This document shows, in pieces, positions 29,948 through 39,889 of a stretch of 64,000 nucleotides of DNA (the first letter of the stretch is position 1; each line of letters opens with the position of its first letter). The notes beneath the pieces are model-generated. The model was not told where the DNA came from. It did no database searches and saw nothing but the letters and a program-made list of their open reading frames with translations. The position numbers were made by a program, and so were the translations under genes. Origin of the DNA: an uncultured delta proteobacterium (GTDB taxonomy: Bacteria; Desulfobacterota; Binatia; Binatales; Binataceae); NCBI GenBank assembly GCA_963808235.1, contig CAWEEQ010000004.1, positions 3,424,001 to 3,488,000 of the forward strand. Direction: 5' to 3'.

Positions 29948-31811
29948 TCAAGATCGCCTTCCTTCGCCTTGTCCGGCACTGGATTCGGCATCCTCGAGTT
30001 CCACCAGCCGCGCGTCGAGCGTGTCGAACACTCGCCGCACCGCCGGATCGGTAAGACGTGCGTTGCGTTCCTCGGGCGTCGCGACCCGCCGCGCCGTTTC
30101 CTTGATCGGCCGATTTCTGATCGGTCGTCGGTCGCCATGGCAACGACTGTCTTGGCACTCGGCGACGGCCGCGGCGATGCCGGTGACGCCAGCTCTTCTG
30201 GGTACGCGGCGCAGCGTCGTCGAGTCTTGGCCCGCGATGGCGCAGCGCCGTCGGTCGAAAGCTCGACGCGAATCTGCGCGCCCGAGATGCTCGCTCGCAA
30301 GCTCCGCGATCACCGCCGTTGTCGCTCAGATAGCGAATATAGATGTCGTTGCGCGCGGTGACCGTGAGCGTATCTCTGTCCAGCACGAGTCCCGCGCCCT
30401 GCTCCATGAAACCTGCCAGCGCCGCGCGACGCCCGCGGATAAAATCTCGCAACTCGGGAAGTCGCGCGCACCGTCGTCGTCGTCCTGCCCGGCGCGCCGC
30501 AGCGGCGCGTCCGCCTTCACCTCGCCCTCGACGCGCAGCCGCGTCGCGCGCCGCCGACGGCTCGCTCGACGCGGCTCCGACGACGACGCTCCGCGGCGCC
30601 GCCGCCACCGCCAGGCGGCTTGCCCGAGGTGGAGTTCCCGACGCCGGCGGCGCTTCCGCTCGCTCCGATCGCGCGCATCAACTCGTCCGCATCGATCACC
30701 GCCGCGAGCGACGCCATCCGCACCACCGCCATCTCCAGCATCAGATCCGGATACGGCGAGCGCATGATCTGCTCCTGCGAGTCGGCCATCAATCGAAAGA
30801 GCCGCATGATATCGCGCGAGCTCGCCCGCGCCGCCAGCCGCTTCAGCTCCGTCACTTCGTGATCGGGAATATCGTCGAGCGGGCTCTGCGAGCCGCCGCG
30901 GGAAGTTTCGCGACGGCCAGATTCCTAAGCGTCTCGAGCAAGTCGCGTCCGAGCGATTCGAGATTCGCGCCGCGGCCCCGAGCTCGCGCACCAGCGCGAG
31001 CGCGCCGGCCGCGATTTTTTTCGAGAATCGCATCCGCGAGTTGAGCACCGTCGTCCGGCTCGCGACGCCGAGCGACGCCGCAACTTCGGCCTCGCTGACC
31101 TTGCCCGCGGCGACCGACGCGATCGCCGTCTCGAGCATCCGCTCCGCATCGCGCATGCTGCCGCCGGCCTCGCGCGCGAGCAGTCTCAGCGCCGCCTCTT
31201 CGACCTCGACGTCTTCACGCTTCGCCAGGTCTTTCAGCCGCTCGAGCATCGTCGCGATACGGAATCCGCCGGAAGTCGTAGCGCTGCAAGCCGCGACAGG
31301 ATCGTCTCCGGCATCTTCTGCGGCTCGGTCGTCGCGAGGATAAATTTGACGTGCGGCGGCGGCTCTTCGAGCGTCTTCAGCAGCGCGTTGAACGCCTGGT
31401 CGGTGAGCTGATGCGCTTCGTCGATAATGTAAATCTTGAAACGATCGCGCGCCGGCCGGTAGCTCAGATTTTCGATAATCGCGCGTGCGTCGTCGATCTT
31501 CCGATAGGTCGCGCCGTCGATCTCGCTGACGTCGAGCGCGCGCCCGCCGCGAATCTCCACGCACGCCGCGCATTCGCCGCACGGCTCCGCGGTCGGCCCC
31601 TTCTCGCAGTTGAGGCATCGCGCGAGGATCCGCGCCGCCGTGGTCTTGCCGACTCCGCGAATCCCGGTGAACAGAAACGCATGCGCGATTCGGCCGCGCT
31701 TCAGCGCCTCGCCGAGCGTGCGCGTAACGTGCTCCTGCCCGACCAGCTCGGAGAAACGCTCCGGCCGCCATTTGCGCGCGAGCACCAGATGTGGCTGTGA
31801 GTATCGGCCAT
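29948..31811 (-). CDS. dnaX: DNA polymerase III subunit gamma/tau (multiple apparent frameshifts)
   Basis: LARKWRP..F..LVGQ, GIRGVGKTT, IIDEAHQL, NALLKTLEEPP, GSMRDA motifs. Confidence 0.92.
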
Positions 31812-31828
31812 CGCAAATTTTTTATTTC

Positions 31829-31965
31829 CGGAGCTGCCCGTCGAATGATAGCCAGGCACCCCTGCGGCACAGGGTGACAGCCGGTACCGTTGCTTCCTTC
31901 CGGACCTGGCGGGGTTCGCGGCCTTCCCTTGCGCAGGACCCGGCTATCAGCGGCGGGCAGTTCCG
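31829..31965 (-). ncRNA. ffs: Signal recognition particle RNA (4.5S)
   Basis: Minus strand contains CCAGGTCCGGAAGGAAGCAACGG (domain IV) closed by TGATAGCC/GGCTATCA; typical position upstream of dnaX. Confidence 0.92.
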
Positions 31966-32139
31966 ATAAAGTTAAAAAGTTAAACAGAACGCTCCGTGTG
32001 CGCATCAATTTTGCGCGCCTTATTACAGTATCACAGCGCCGATCATGCAACCGCTGACGGCGAAGTTGTTTCGTCCCCTAAGTCCCCATTGTGACGGGAT
32101 TGGCTGACGATGGCGTGAGACTCCGCGGTTGCTATCACA

Positions 32140-33019
32140 ATGGAATGATCGCCGGCCGACAAGGTCACCATCGGGCTCATCCAGATGAGCTGCGCGGCCG
32201 ACCCGCGCCTCAATCTCGAAAAGGCAATCGCCCAAATCGAGGATGCCGCCAAGCGCGGCGCGCACATCGTATGCACCCAGGAACTGTTCCGCTCGCACTA
32301 TCCCTGTCAGACCGAGGACCCGAAGTCCTTCGATCTCGCCGAGCCGATTCCCGGCCCGACCACCGAAGCACTGGGCGCAGTCGCGAAGGCGCACAAAATC
32401 GTCATCATCGCCTCGATCTTCGAGCGCCGCGCCGCCGGCGTCTATCACAACACCGCCGTCGTCATCGACGAGTCCGGCGCAATCGTCGGGCGCTACCGCA
32501 AGATGCACATCCCCGACGATCCTCGCTACTACGAAAAATATTATTTCACTCCCGGCGATCTCGACTTCGTCGCGCATCCCACCTCGCGCGGCAAAGTCGG
32601 CGTGCTCGTATGCTGGGATCAATGGTTCCCCGAGGCCGCGCGGCTCACCGCGATGGCCGGTGCGCAAATTCTCTTCTACCCGACCGCCATCGGATGGTGG
32701 CATGGCGAGCCCGCAGAAAGTCCGCCCCAAGCAAGTGAACGCGTGGGAGACGATTCAGCGCAGCCACGCGATCGCCAACGGCATCTTCGTCGCCGCGGTC
32801 AACCGCGTCGGCGTCGAAGGCGAGCTCGAATTCTGGGGCGATTCGTTCGTCGTCGATCCGTTCGGCGAAGTGATCGCGCGCGCGAGCGCCACCGACGAAG
32901 AAACTCTGCTCGCCGAATGCAACCTCGCGAAGATCGAGGAGGTCCGCCGCAACTGGCCCTTCCTCCGCGATCGCCGCATCGACGCCTACACCGACCTGAC
33001 CCGCCGCTTCCGATCATAG
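32140..33019 (+). CDS. aguB: Carbon-nitrogen hydrolase, N-carbamoylputrescine amidase (frameshifted)
   Basis: QELF, YRKMHIPDDP.YYEKYYF.PGD, CWDQWFPEAAR, RR.WPFLRDRR motifs. Confidence 0.88.
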
Positions 33020-33021
33020 CC

Positions 33022-34132
33022 GTGGCTGCAATCCCAGTCTGAGCATCGCCAGCTCCTCGCCAACTATCGGATGCCCCCCGAATGGGCGCCGCATCTCGCC
33101 TGCTATCTGGTATGGCCGCACAATCGCGACACCTGGCCCGGCAAGTTCGAAGTCATCCCGCCGATATACGCCGCGATGGTCGCCTCGATCGCGCAGTTCG
33201 AACCCGTCCGCCTGATGGTCAATATGAAAATAAAGACGCGATGCAACTCGAAGAAGTCCGCACGATGATCCGCGACGCCGCTCGCCGCCTCGGCTACGAC
33301 GACGCCGCGACAATTCGCCGCATCGACATCTTCCATCTCCCAACCAACGACTCATGGGCGCGCGACCACGGCCCGATCTTCGTCAATCGCATCGGTGCTG
33401 GCGGCCGGCCCAGCTCAAATCGCACTCGACTGGCGCTTCAACTCATGGGGCAAAAAGTACGGCGCCTTCGATCTCGACGACGTCGTTCCGCAAAAACTCG
33501 GCGCGCCGCTACGGCTTCGAAGTGATCGAGCCCGGCATCGTGCTCGAAGGCGGCTCGATCGACGTCAACGGCGCGGCACCGTCCTCACCACCGAGTCATG
33601 CCTGCTCAACCCGAATCGAAATCCCGACCTCAGCGTCGACGAGATCGAAGATTACCTGCGCACCTACCTCGGCGTCAGCAACGTCCTATGGCTCGGCGAC
33701 GGAATCGCCGGCGACGACACCGACGGCCACATCGACGACCTCGCCCGCTTCGTCGCCCCCGACACGATCGTCACCGTGCTTGAAGATGATCCCGCCGACG
33801 CAAACTACAAAGTGCTCCGCGACAATCTCGCGCGTCTCCGCACGATGCGCGATCAGAACGACCGCCCGTTCAAAATCGAAACCCTCCCGATGCCGCCGGC
33901 AATCATCCACGAAGACACCCGGATGCCCGCCTCGTACGCCAACTTCTACATCGCCAACGGCGGGGTGCTGATGCCCACCTTCAACTGTCCCCAAGACACC
34001 ATCGCATCCGCAACCCTCGCCCGCCTGTTCCCCGGCCGCCGCGTCGTGAGCGTCCCCTCGACGGATCTGGTCTGGGGCCTCGGCTCAGTCCACTGCCTAA
34101 GCCAACAACACCCCACCCCCCCAGTTCAGTAG
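33022..34132 (+). CDS. aguA: Agmatine deiminase (frameshifted)
   Basis: MPPEWAPH, WARDHGP, LEGGSIDVNG, DDTDGHID, SYANFY, GSVHCLSQQ motifs. Confidence 0.88.
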
Positions 34133-34172
34133 TTCCATTCGTTTTTTCCTTCTGTCGTTCCTCCGCATCCCT

Positions 34173-34350
34173 TTCTGTCGTCCTGAGCGCAGTCGAAGGG
34201 GGCTTCCCGCCAAGCGATGCTCCTTCTTTTTTTTCTGTCGTCCTGAGCGGAGGCTGCCGGAGTCGAAGGACCTCCGCGAAGCGATGCTCTTTCTTTTTCT
34301 TGCGTCATCCTGACCGAAGCGAGCGGCAACGCTCGCGCAGTGGACCTGGC
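34173..34350. repeat. Tandem REP-like units, about 2.5 copies of 60-68 bp
   Basis: CTGTCGTCCTGAGCG...AGTCGAAGG...AAGCGATGCTC.TTCTTTT repeated. Confidence 0.75.
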
Positions 34351-34440
34351 TTCTGGCCTCCAGACAGCTTCGCGCAATCGAAGCCGGTTCCGGTTCCGAG
34401 TCGTCGCGTCCAATGGCATTCTAAGGGTAGTCAGTACGAA

Positions 34441-35295
34441 GTGCCGATCGAATCCACACTAACCGGCGAATTGCAGGGATGCCTGATAAAGCCGGAGACG
34501 CCCAACGGATGGGGCATCATCATTCTGGCCGGTTCCAGCGGCAGAACCGACGTTGCCCGCGCGCGACTGTTCGCCGAAACCGGATTTATCGCGCTCGCTC
34601 TCCGATATTTTGGCGGCGAAGGACAAACGCCCGGAATCTGCGAAATCCCGCTCGAAATATTCTTCTCCGCCACCGAGAGGCTCCTCGACGAGGGCGCTGA
34701 ACATCTCGCCTATATCGGCACATCGAAAGGCGCCGAGGCTGCACTTCTGGTCGCAACCCTCGATCCTCGCATCGATCTCGTGATTGCGCTCAGCCCCACG
34801 TCAGTGGTCTGGGCAAACAGCGGCGCCGGTCGAGACGGCCTGGGACTTCCACTGCGATCATCGTGGACCTGGCGCGCTGACCCGCTGCCATTCGTGCGCT
34901 ACGACCCTTCCGCGCCGATCGCGATGCTCGACGGCCTGCCCTCGTATCGCCGCTACGTCGAGCAGAGCCTGATCACGTTCTCGGCCGATATCGAAGCGGC
35001 GACCATCCACATCGAGGCGGCACGCGCCGATATTATTCTGGCTGCGGGAAGCGCCGACGCCCTCTGGCCTTCCGATTTTTTCGCGCGCGCTCTTACGAAG
35101 CGGCGGACAGACGCCGGACGATCCGCGCATCTTCTCATTCATCCCCACGCAGGTCATCGCATTCTCCTGCCCGGAGAAAATCCAGTGCGCTCAACCCAAA
35201 ACGCGCACGGCGGCGACGACTTGGCAGACGCGGAATTGGGCCTGTGGACGTGGTCCGCGATCCGCCGAACTTGCCTAAAAGATCCCGCCCCGTAA
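34441..35295 (+). CDS. Acyl-CoA thioesterase / BAAT C-terminal family hydrolase
   Basis: GTSKGAEAALL, D.LWPS and AGH triad; start set at GTG 34441, after the repeats. Confidence 0.82.
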   Translation: MPIESTLTGELQGCLIKPETPNGWGIIILAGSSGRTDVARARLFAETGFIALALRYFGGEGQTPGICEIPLEIFFSATERLLDEGAEHLAYIGTSKGAEAALLVATLDPRIDLVIALSPTSVVWANSGAGRDGLGLPLRSSWTWRADPLPFVRYDPSAPIAMLDGLPSYRRYVEQSLITFSADIEAATIHIEAARADIILAAGSADALWPSDFFARALTKRRTDAGRSAHLLIHPHAGHRILLPGENPVRSTQNAHGGDDLADAELGLWTWSAIRRTCLKDPAP

Positions 35296-35435
35296 CGCCC
35301 GCCCTACACATCACCCAGCGGATGCCTCGATCATCGTTGTACCAGCCCGCCCATTTGATCGCGCCGAAGTCATTCCGATTCCGAATCGCCGCATCCAATG
35401 TCGTCGTAGTCCTTCCATCCGCGAGCGCGTAACAT

Positions 35436-36164
35436 ATGGATTCAATGAGTAGGCGCGAGATGCCTCCAGATGCGGTCGGGCTGGGAGTTCCTGGCGACAT
35501 TATTCCGACTCGCGAGGGTTATGATCGCTGGTCGGAAGTTTACGACGGCGACGGCAATCCACTGGTCGCTCTTGAGGAGCCTCAGCTGGAGCGGATGCTC
35601 GGCGACGTGCGTGGACTCCGGATCGCCGATGTCGCGGCGGGCACCGGTCGCCACTCGGTTTGGCTCGCGAACGCCGGTGCGAAGGTCACCGCACTGGACT
35701 TTTCGACAGGGATGCTCACGAAGGCGCGCGCGAAGCCAGGCGCGGATCGCGTTTCATTCGTGATAGCCGACTGCGCCGCGCAGATGCCCTTGCGCGATGG
35801 CGCATTTGATCGGGTCGTGTGTGCGCTGCTCGCTGACCATGTCCAGTCTATCGATTTGCTGATGAGCGAGCTGGCGCGTATCTGCCGGATCGACGGCTTC
35901 ATCGCACTCACCACCGTCCATCCGACCATGCATCTGCTCGGCGTGCGCGCGCGTTTCAACGATCCCGAAACGGGTCGAAAGGTGTATCCGAAGAGTTATG
36001 TTCACACCATCTCGGCGTTCGTGATGGCCGCGGAGCGCGCCGGGCTTCGTTTCGATGAGATGAGCGAGCATCTGATCACCGACGAATTGGTACGCACAAA
36101 CCCTCGCGCAGCCCAGGCCCTCGGCTGGCCGCTCTTGCTCGCAGTAAAGCTCACCCGAACGTGA
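35436..36164 (+). CDS. Class I SAM-dependent methyltransferase
   Basis: ADVAAGTGRH, LDFS.GML motifs. Confidence 0.88.
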   Translation: MDSMSRREMPPDAVGLGVPGDIIPTREGYDRWSEVYDGDGNPLVALEEPQLERMLGDVRGLRIADVAAGTGRHSVWLANAGAKVTALDFSTGMLTKARAKPGADRVSFVIADCAAQMPLRDGAFDRVVCALLADHVQSIDLLMSELARICRIDGFIALTTVHPTMHLLGVRARFNDPETGRKVYPKSYVHTISAFVMAAERAGLRFDEMSEHLITDELVRTNPRAAQALGWPLLLAVKLTRT

Positions 36165-36218
36165 GTCTTCCAAAGCCGCCGGTCACCTCGTCGCACATCC
36201 CCCGCGCACGCGATTGTT

Positions 36219-36668
36219 CCCCCTCTATGTCTCCTGAGTACCGAATTACCCTCGTCCGCGTGCGGGAGAGGGAACGGCGTCCGCGCCCGGGGTGAGGGAG
36301 GGCCTCCAAGGGTAGGGGTTAGGTCTGCCCGCCCACGCAAAGTGCCCATCCGAATCCCGAAACGAAACACCGCCCGCATCGCCGCACCGCTGCTTGTCTT
36401 CCGCAAGCGCTCAGATAGGCCTCGCGTAAGTGGCACCTCCTTGTCCTTGTCCAAGAAGGCATTGCATAACTGGTCGCGGCATCATCCCCTCTCCCGATGG
36501 GAGAGGATTGAAGGTGAGGGACCAGCGCGCGTTTTTTGGCGCGCGATTCAAGATTCTGCTCTGCTCCGAAAGCCGCGCGAAGGTTATGCAAAGCTCCCCT
36601 GTCAGAGGGAGAGGCCGCCGCTCATCGCGTAGCGGCTCAGTGAAAAACGAGCGGCGGGTGAGGGTCCA
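36219..36668. repeat. Cluster of REP-like repeats (family A copy 2, family B copy 2 and a related unit)
   Basis: Matches 26341-26467 and 28049-28212; the terminal unit resembles 24338-24396. Confidence 0.8.
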
Positions 36669-36703
36669 CATTCCAAATCCCGCGCACAGCCCGAGCTATC
36701 GTT

Positions 36704-36938
36704 TCACCGCCTACAAACAATCTCAGTGGTGTGCCTGTTCCGTTCCTTATCCACCCACTCTCACACCTGTCCCTCTTCCACATCGAAACATTTGGCAACG
36801 TGCCGAACGAGATCGCATATCAAGAGCCCGTAGTGCCGATAGGTTCCGCAAGTATCGCTAGGATGAAGATGGCAAACCACATTGGTTGTGCCTTCCATAC
36901 TGTGATGAAAAATGGGGCTAAGGAGGATCTTGACCCAT
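36704..36938 (-). pseudogene. Small disrupted gene, DUF5076-like
   Basis: YGLLICDLVRHVAKCFDVEEGQV*EWVDKER with an internal TGA at 36761-36763. Confidence 0.4.
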
Positions 36939-37197
36939 GATGCGATGGCGTGCCTCGCTGATATCGCGCCTGGGAAATTTCCGCGGCTCGCGCGTCGAAA
37001 GAAGCGCGAATCGAAACACCATGCTCGCGTTAACCATCTGTTAGCCTAGATATTGACCGTAAGGTGGCAACGGAGTAGTTCGTGAACAGTAAATTCATTC
37101 GAAGCACTGGGACTCGCGCGCTGCGCGAACGATCGGCTCGCCGGATGAGAATCGACCTCGATCGTGCGACGCACCTCCTCCAGTGCAGGGGGTTCAG

Positions 37198-37809
37198 ATG
37201 CCCAAATTCACTTATGGTGATGTCGTCGCCGCCTGCGACGATCTGTCGGACGCGATCGTCAAACTAAATGAATCTATCACCTTCGATCCTGGCGACCTCG
37301 ATGCGCGACATACGGCGGTGCCGGACTATGTCGGGCGCTGCTCCGCGTGGATAAAGATGGACACCGGCGCGATCGCCGACGAGCTGGAAATCGTGGCCCC
37401 GGAACCCGTCCACCTGATCAGCGGTGCAGCCAAGATTGCGCGCGAGACCATCCAGGGTGATAAGCAGTCCGTTGCGATCGCATACGTAGAGGCTGCGAAT
37501 GCTTGTTACATCTCGTGCAAAGCTCTCTATCCATTTCTCCCGGCGGATAAACAAGCAGCCATTCCGCATCCCCCCGATGTGGTCGGCCCTGATATCAAGA
37601 CCCAGTGGAAGATGTTAACCGGTAAGGACTGGCCCGATACCGAACGCGTGCTCGAACGCCCGCCTGGCGATAAGGGAAAGAGACCTCCGCCTCCCGAGAA
37701 TGTCATGTTGACGGGTAACGACGGGTTCGACACCCGGCGCAATTTGGGTCGCCCGGATGGCGATAAGCCAAAGAAACCGCCGCGTCCTGGGGAATTCGAC
37801 TTAGACTAA
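37198..37809 (+). CDS. Hypothetical protein with Pro-rich tail
   Basis: AGGGGG RBS before ATG; stop codon abuts the next ATG. Confidence 0.7.
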   Translation: MPKFTYGDVVAACDDLSDAIVKLNESITFDPGDLDARHTAVPDYVGRCSAWIKMDTGAIADELEIVAPEPVHLISGAAKIARETIQGDKQSVAIAYVEAANACYISCKALYPFLPADKQAAIPHPPDVVGPDIKTQWKMLTGKDWPDTERVLERPPGDKGKRPPPPENVMLTGNDGFDTRRNLGRPDGDKPKKPPRPGEFDLD

Positions 37810-39135
37810 ATGTTCGGCGATCTGCCCAAGATCTTCGAGCGCAACTTCGTTGTCGGCTACGTATTGCCATCGGCGCTGTTCCTCCTGCTGAGTCTCGGTT
37901 TTACCCACAATGGCAACCTGTGGGATTTTCTAACTACTTCGGACGGCGCCTCATTCGCGGTCGTGGCTTTCGCTTTGGGGATAATGCTGTTGGCGCTCAA
38001 CCGCAGTATCACACGCATTTTGGAAGGCTACGGTAAATTAAATCCTGCCAGACTCATGATTTGGTTGCAGCGCTGGCGGTTCAAACGGCTCCGCGAAAAG
38101 TTGAAAGCAGCCAACAAGGAGTATCACAGATACAGCAAGCCGGAGGATGTTCCCGAGGAGCTGGAGCAGCGCCGGCAGCGCCTTATGACCCGGCTCGTCG
38201 AGCGCTATCCGAACGAGAAGGGCTTGGTGCTCAGCACCTCGTTTGGAAACTGCTTGCGGGCTTTCGAATCCTATCCGAACGTAATGTACAAGCTCGAAAT
38301 CATCGAGGGCTGGACCCGCCTCGCCGCAGTTATCCCAAAAGATTATTCAGACCAGATAGACACCGCCAAGGCCCAAACCGATCTGTGGGTCAATCTATGG
38401 TTTCTGAGCCTTCTGACTATTGGCGATGCGATACTCACGTGGCGTTTTCCAGGGGCTTTGCTTGCAGGGAGCAAACGCCAGTTGGTGGAAAAATTGCTCG
38501 ACAAGTTGGTGACGTTCGCAAATGCACACGGGCACTTGTCGGTGACCCTCAATGCCACCGACATCGCGCCGTATTTTCAGCCGCTCCTCACCAGCGTCGG
38601 TGCACTAGCCTTGGCATTCTTTGCTTCCTCGATGGCAGCGCGAGCCGCCATTGAGTATGGTTCGACGTTCAAAGCGGCGGTCGATGTATATCTTCCAGCG
38701 CTTTACACTCAACTTGGATTTCCTGCCGCTGCAAATTGGGAGGACGTTAGAAACCGTTGGGACCGGTTCAGCGATGCAGTCTCCTACCGCAGGGCGGATC
38801 TCATGCGAGACGCGCGGTCGCCCTCGCCGATAGAGAATCCGCCGACCACTGCTGCAATCACCGAAGCCGCATCCGCGAAGCCAGTTGCGGCGCCGGTAAA
38901 GAGATTAGATCCGATCGCATATCTGAATGCGAAGGCGTCATCCCTCCTGGCTCGCGCCAAGGCGAAGATGAGCCAATTGAGGAAGGACGTTACTGTGACA
39001 CAAGCTGCCGAACAAAAACGCCCCGCGACAGCCTCGAACCAGAACAACGGAGTCGCCGGCCAAAGCACACCGCCGCCGATGCCAGCTCGCCACGATGCAA
39101 CACCGTCGTCGGAGAAACCGGACGACGAAACCTGA
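37810..39135 (+). CDS. Hypothetical membrane protein
   Basis: About four hydrophobic segments; RILEGY, T.FGN.LRAFESYP, WTRL..VIP blocks. Confidence 0.75.
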   Translation: MFGDLPKIFERNFVVGYVLPSALFLLLSLGFTHNGNLWDFLTTSDGASFAVVAFALGIMLLALNRSITRILEGYGKLNPARLMIWLQRWRFKRLREKLKAANKEYHRYSKPEDVPEELEQRRQRLMTRLVERYPNEKGLVLSTSFGNCLRAFESYPNVMYKLEIIEGWTRLAAVIPKDYSDQIDTAKAQTDLWVNLWFLSLLTIGDAILTWRFPGALLAGSKRQLVEKLLDKLVTFANAHGHLSVTLNATDIAPYFQPLLTSVGALALAFFASSMAARAAIEYGSTFKAAVDVYLPALYTQLGFPAAANWEDVRNRWDRFSDAVSYRRADLMRDARSPSPIENPPTTAAITEAASAKPVAAPVKRLDPIAYLNAKASSLLARAKAKMSQLRKDVTVTQAAEQKRPATASNQNNGVAGQSTPPPMPARHDATPSSEKPDDET

Positions 39136-39328
39136 ACAGCTCACGCTGGCTCGCAAAACGAACCTGGGCTGCCTCGTCTCGGTTCGATGCCTGAACCCGC
39201 AAGACACCCCGGCCCCGACCGCATAGTCCTTCCGCCGTCATTCTGAATCTTTATTCTTCGAAACGGGCACCCACTTCACCGCAGTCAACTCATCGAGCAC
39301 GCCCTTTCACCATTTCACTGTGGGAAGG

Positions 39329-39351
39329 GTGAAACCTTTCAAAGGTTTCAC
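39329..39351. promoter_or_regulatory. Perfect 11-1-11 palindrome, candidate operator
   Basis: GTGAAACCTTT-C-AAAGGTTTCAC. Confidence 0.5.
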
Positions 39352-39412
39352 ATCCGATTCTGCTCACTTGCGCTTTTCGCTTTCTATAAAATTTAAGAAT
39401 CTTAATCAGAAC

Positions 39413-39440
39413 TTGACAAACTTAATATTTCAGTTAATAT
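39413..39440 (+). promoter_or_regulatory. Sigma70-like promoter, probably giving a leaderless transcript
   Basis: TTGACA-N16-TAATAT, ATG 8 nt downstream with no SD sequence. Confidence 0.55.
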
Positions 39441-39448
39441 CTTCAACT

Positions 39449-39850
39449 ATGCGGCCTTTAATCCTCAAGTGCCCATCCTGCGAAGCCGACCTCAATGTAA
39501 CGCGCCTCCGATGCCCTGAATGCGCCATCAACATCGAAGGTGAGTTCGAACTGCCGCGACTGTTGAAGCTGAGCCGCGCGCAAATCGACTTCATCGAGGT
39601 CTTCATCAAGAACCGCGGCATCATCCGCGAGGTCGAGCGCGAGCTCGGCGTTTCCTACCCCACCGTCCGCGCGCGGCTTGACGAGGTGATCCAGGCGCTC
39701 GGGTATTCAAGCAAGCCTCTTCCCAACGATGGAATCGCGAGCGAAGGCGCCGAGCGCCGGCGAATCGTGCTCGCCGAACTCAAGGCCGGCAAGCTCACTC
39801 CCGAAGAGGCGCTCGTGGCGCTTAACGAGCGCGGCACAAAAGACGACTAA
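39449..39850 (+). CDS. DUF2089 family zinc-ribbon/HTH protein
   Basis: CPSC..CPEC, FI..FIKNRG...EVERELGVSYPTVRARLD; C-terminal SHOCT-like segment. Confidence 0.88.
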   Translation: MRPLILKCPSCEADLNVTRLRCPECAINIEGEFELPRLLKLSRAQIDFIEVFIKNRGIIREVERELGVSYPTVRARLDEVIQALGYSSKPLPNDGIASEGAERRRIVLAELKAGKLTPEEALVALNERGTKDD

Positions 39851-39889
39851 CGAAATTTTCGACGCAATTTTAGACGGAGGCAAATCCGC

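Noticed and set aside
29948-31811. Programmed dnaX gamma/tau frameshift
   Set aside because: The shifts are many, fall inside the AAA+ domain and also affect neighbouring genes; no A AAA AAG slippery site was recognised. An assembly artefact is more likely.
34173-34350. CRISPR array
   Set aside because: Only 2-3 degenerate units, linkers similar to each other, and no cas genes.
36761-36763. TGA recoding to Trp or Sec
   Set aside because: TGA terminates many genes in this window and no SECIS context is evident; a TGG-to-TGA mutation or error is simpler.
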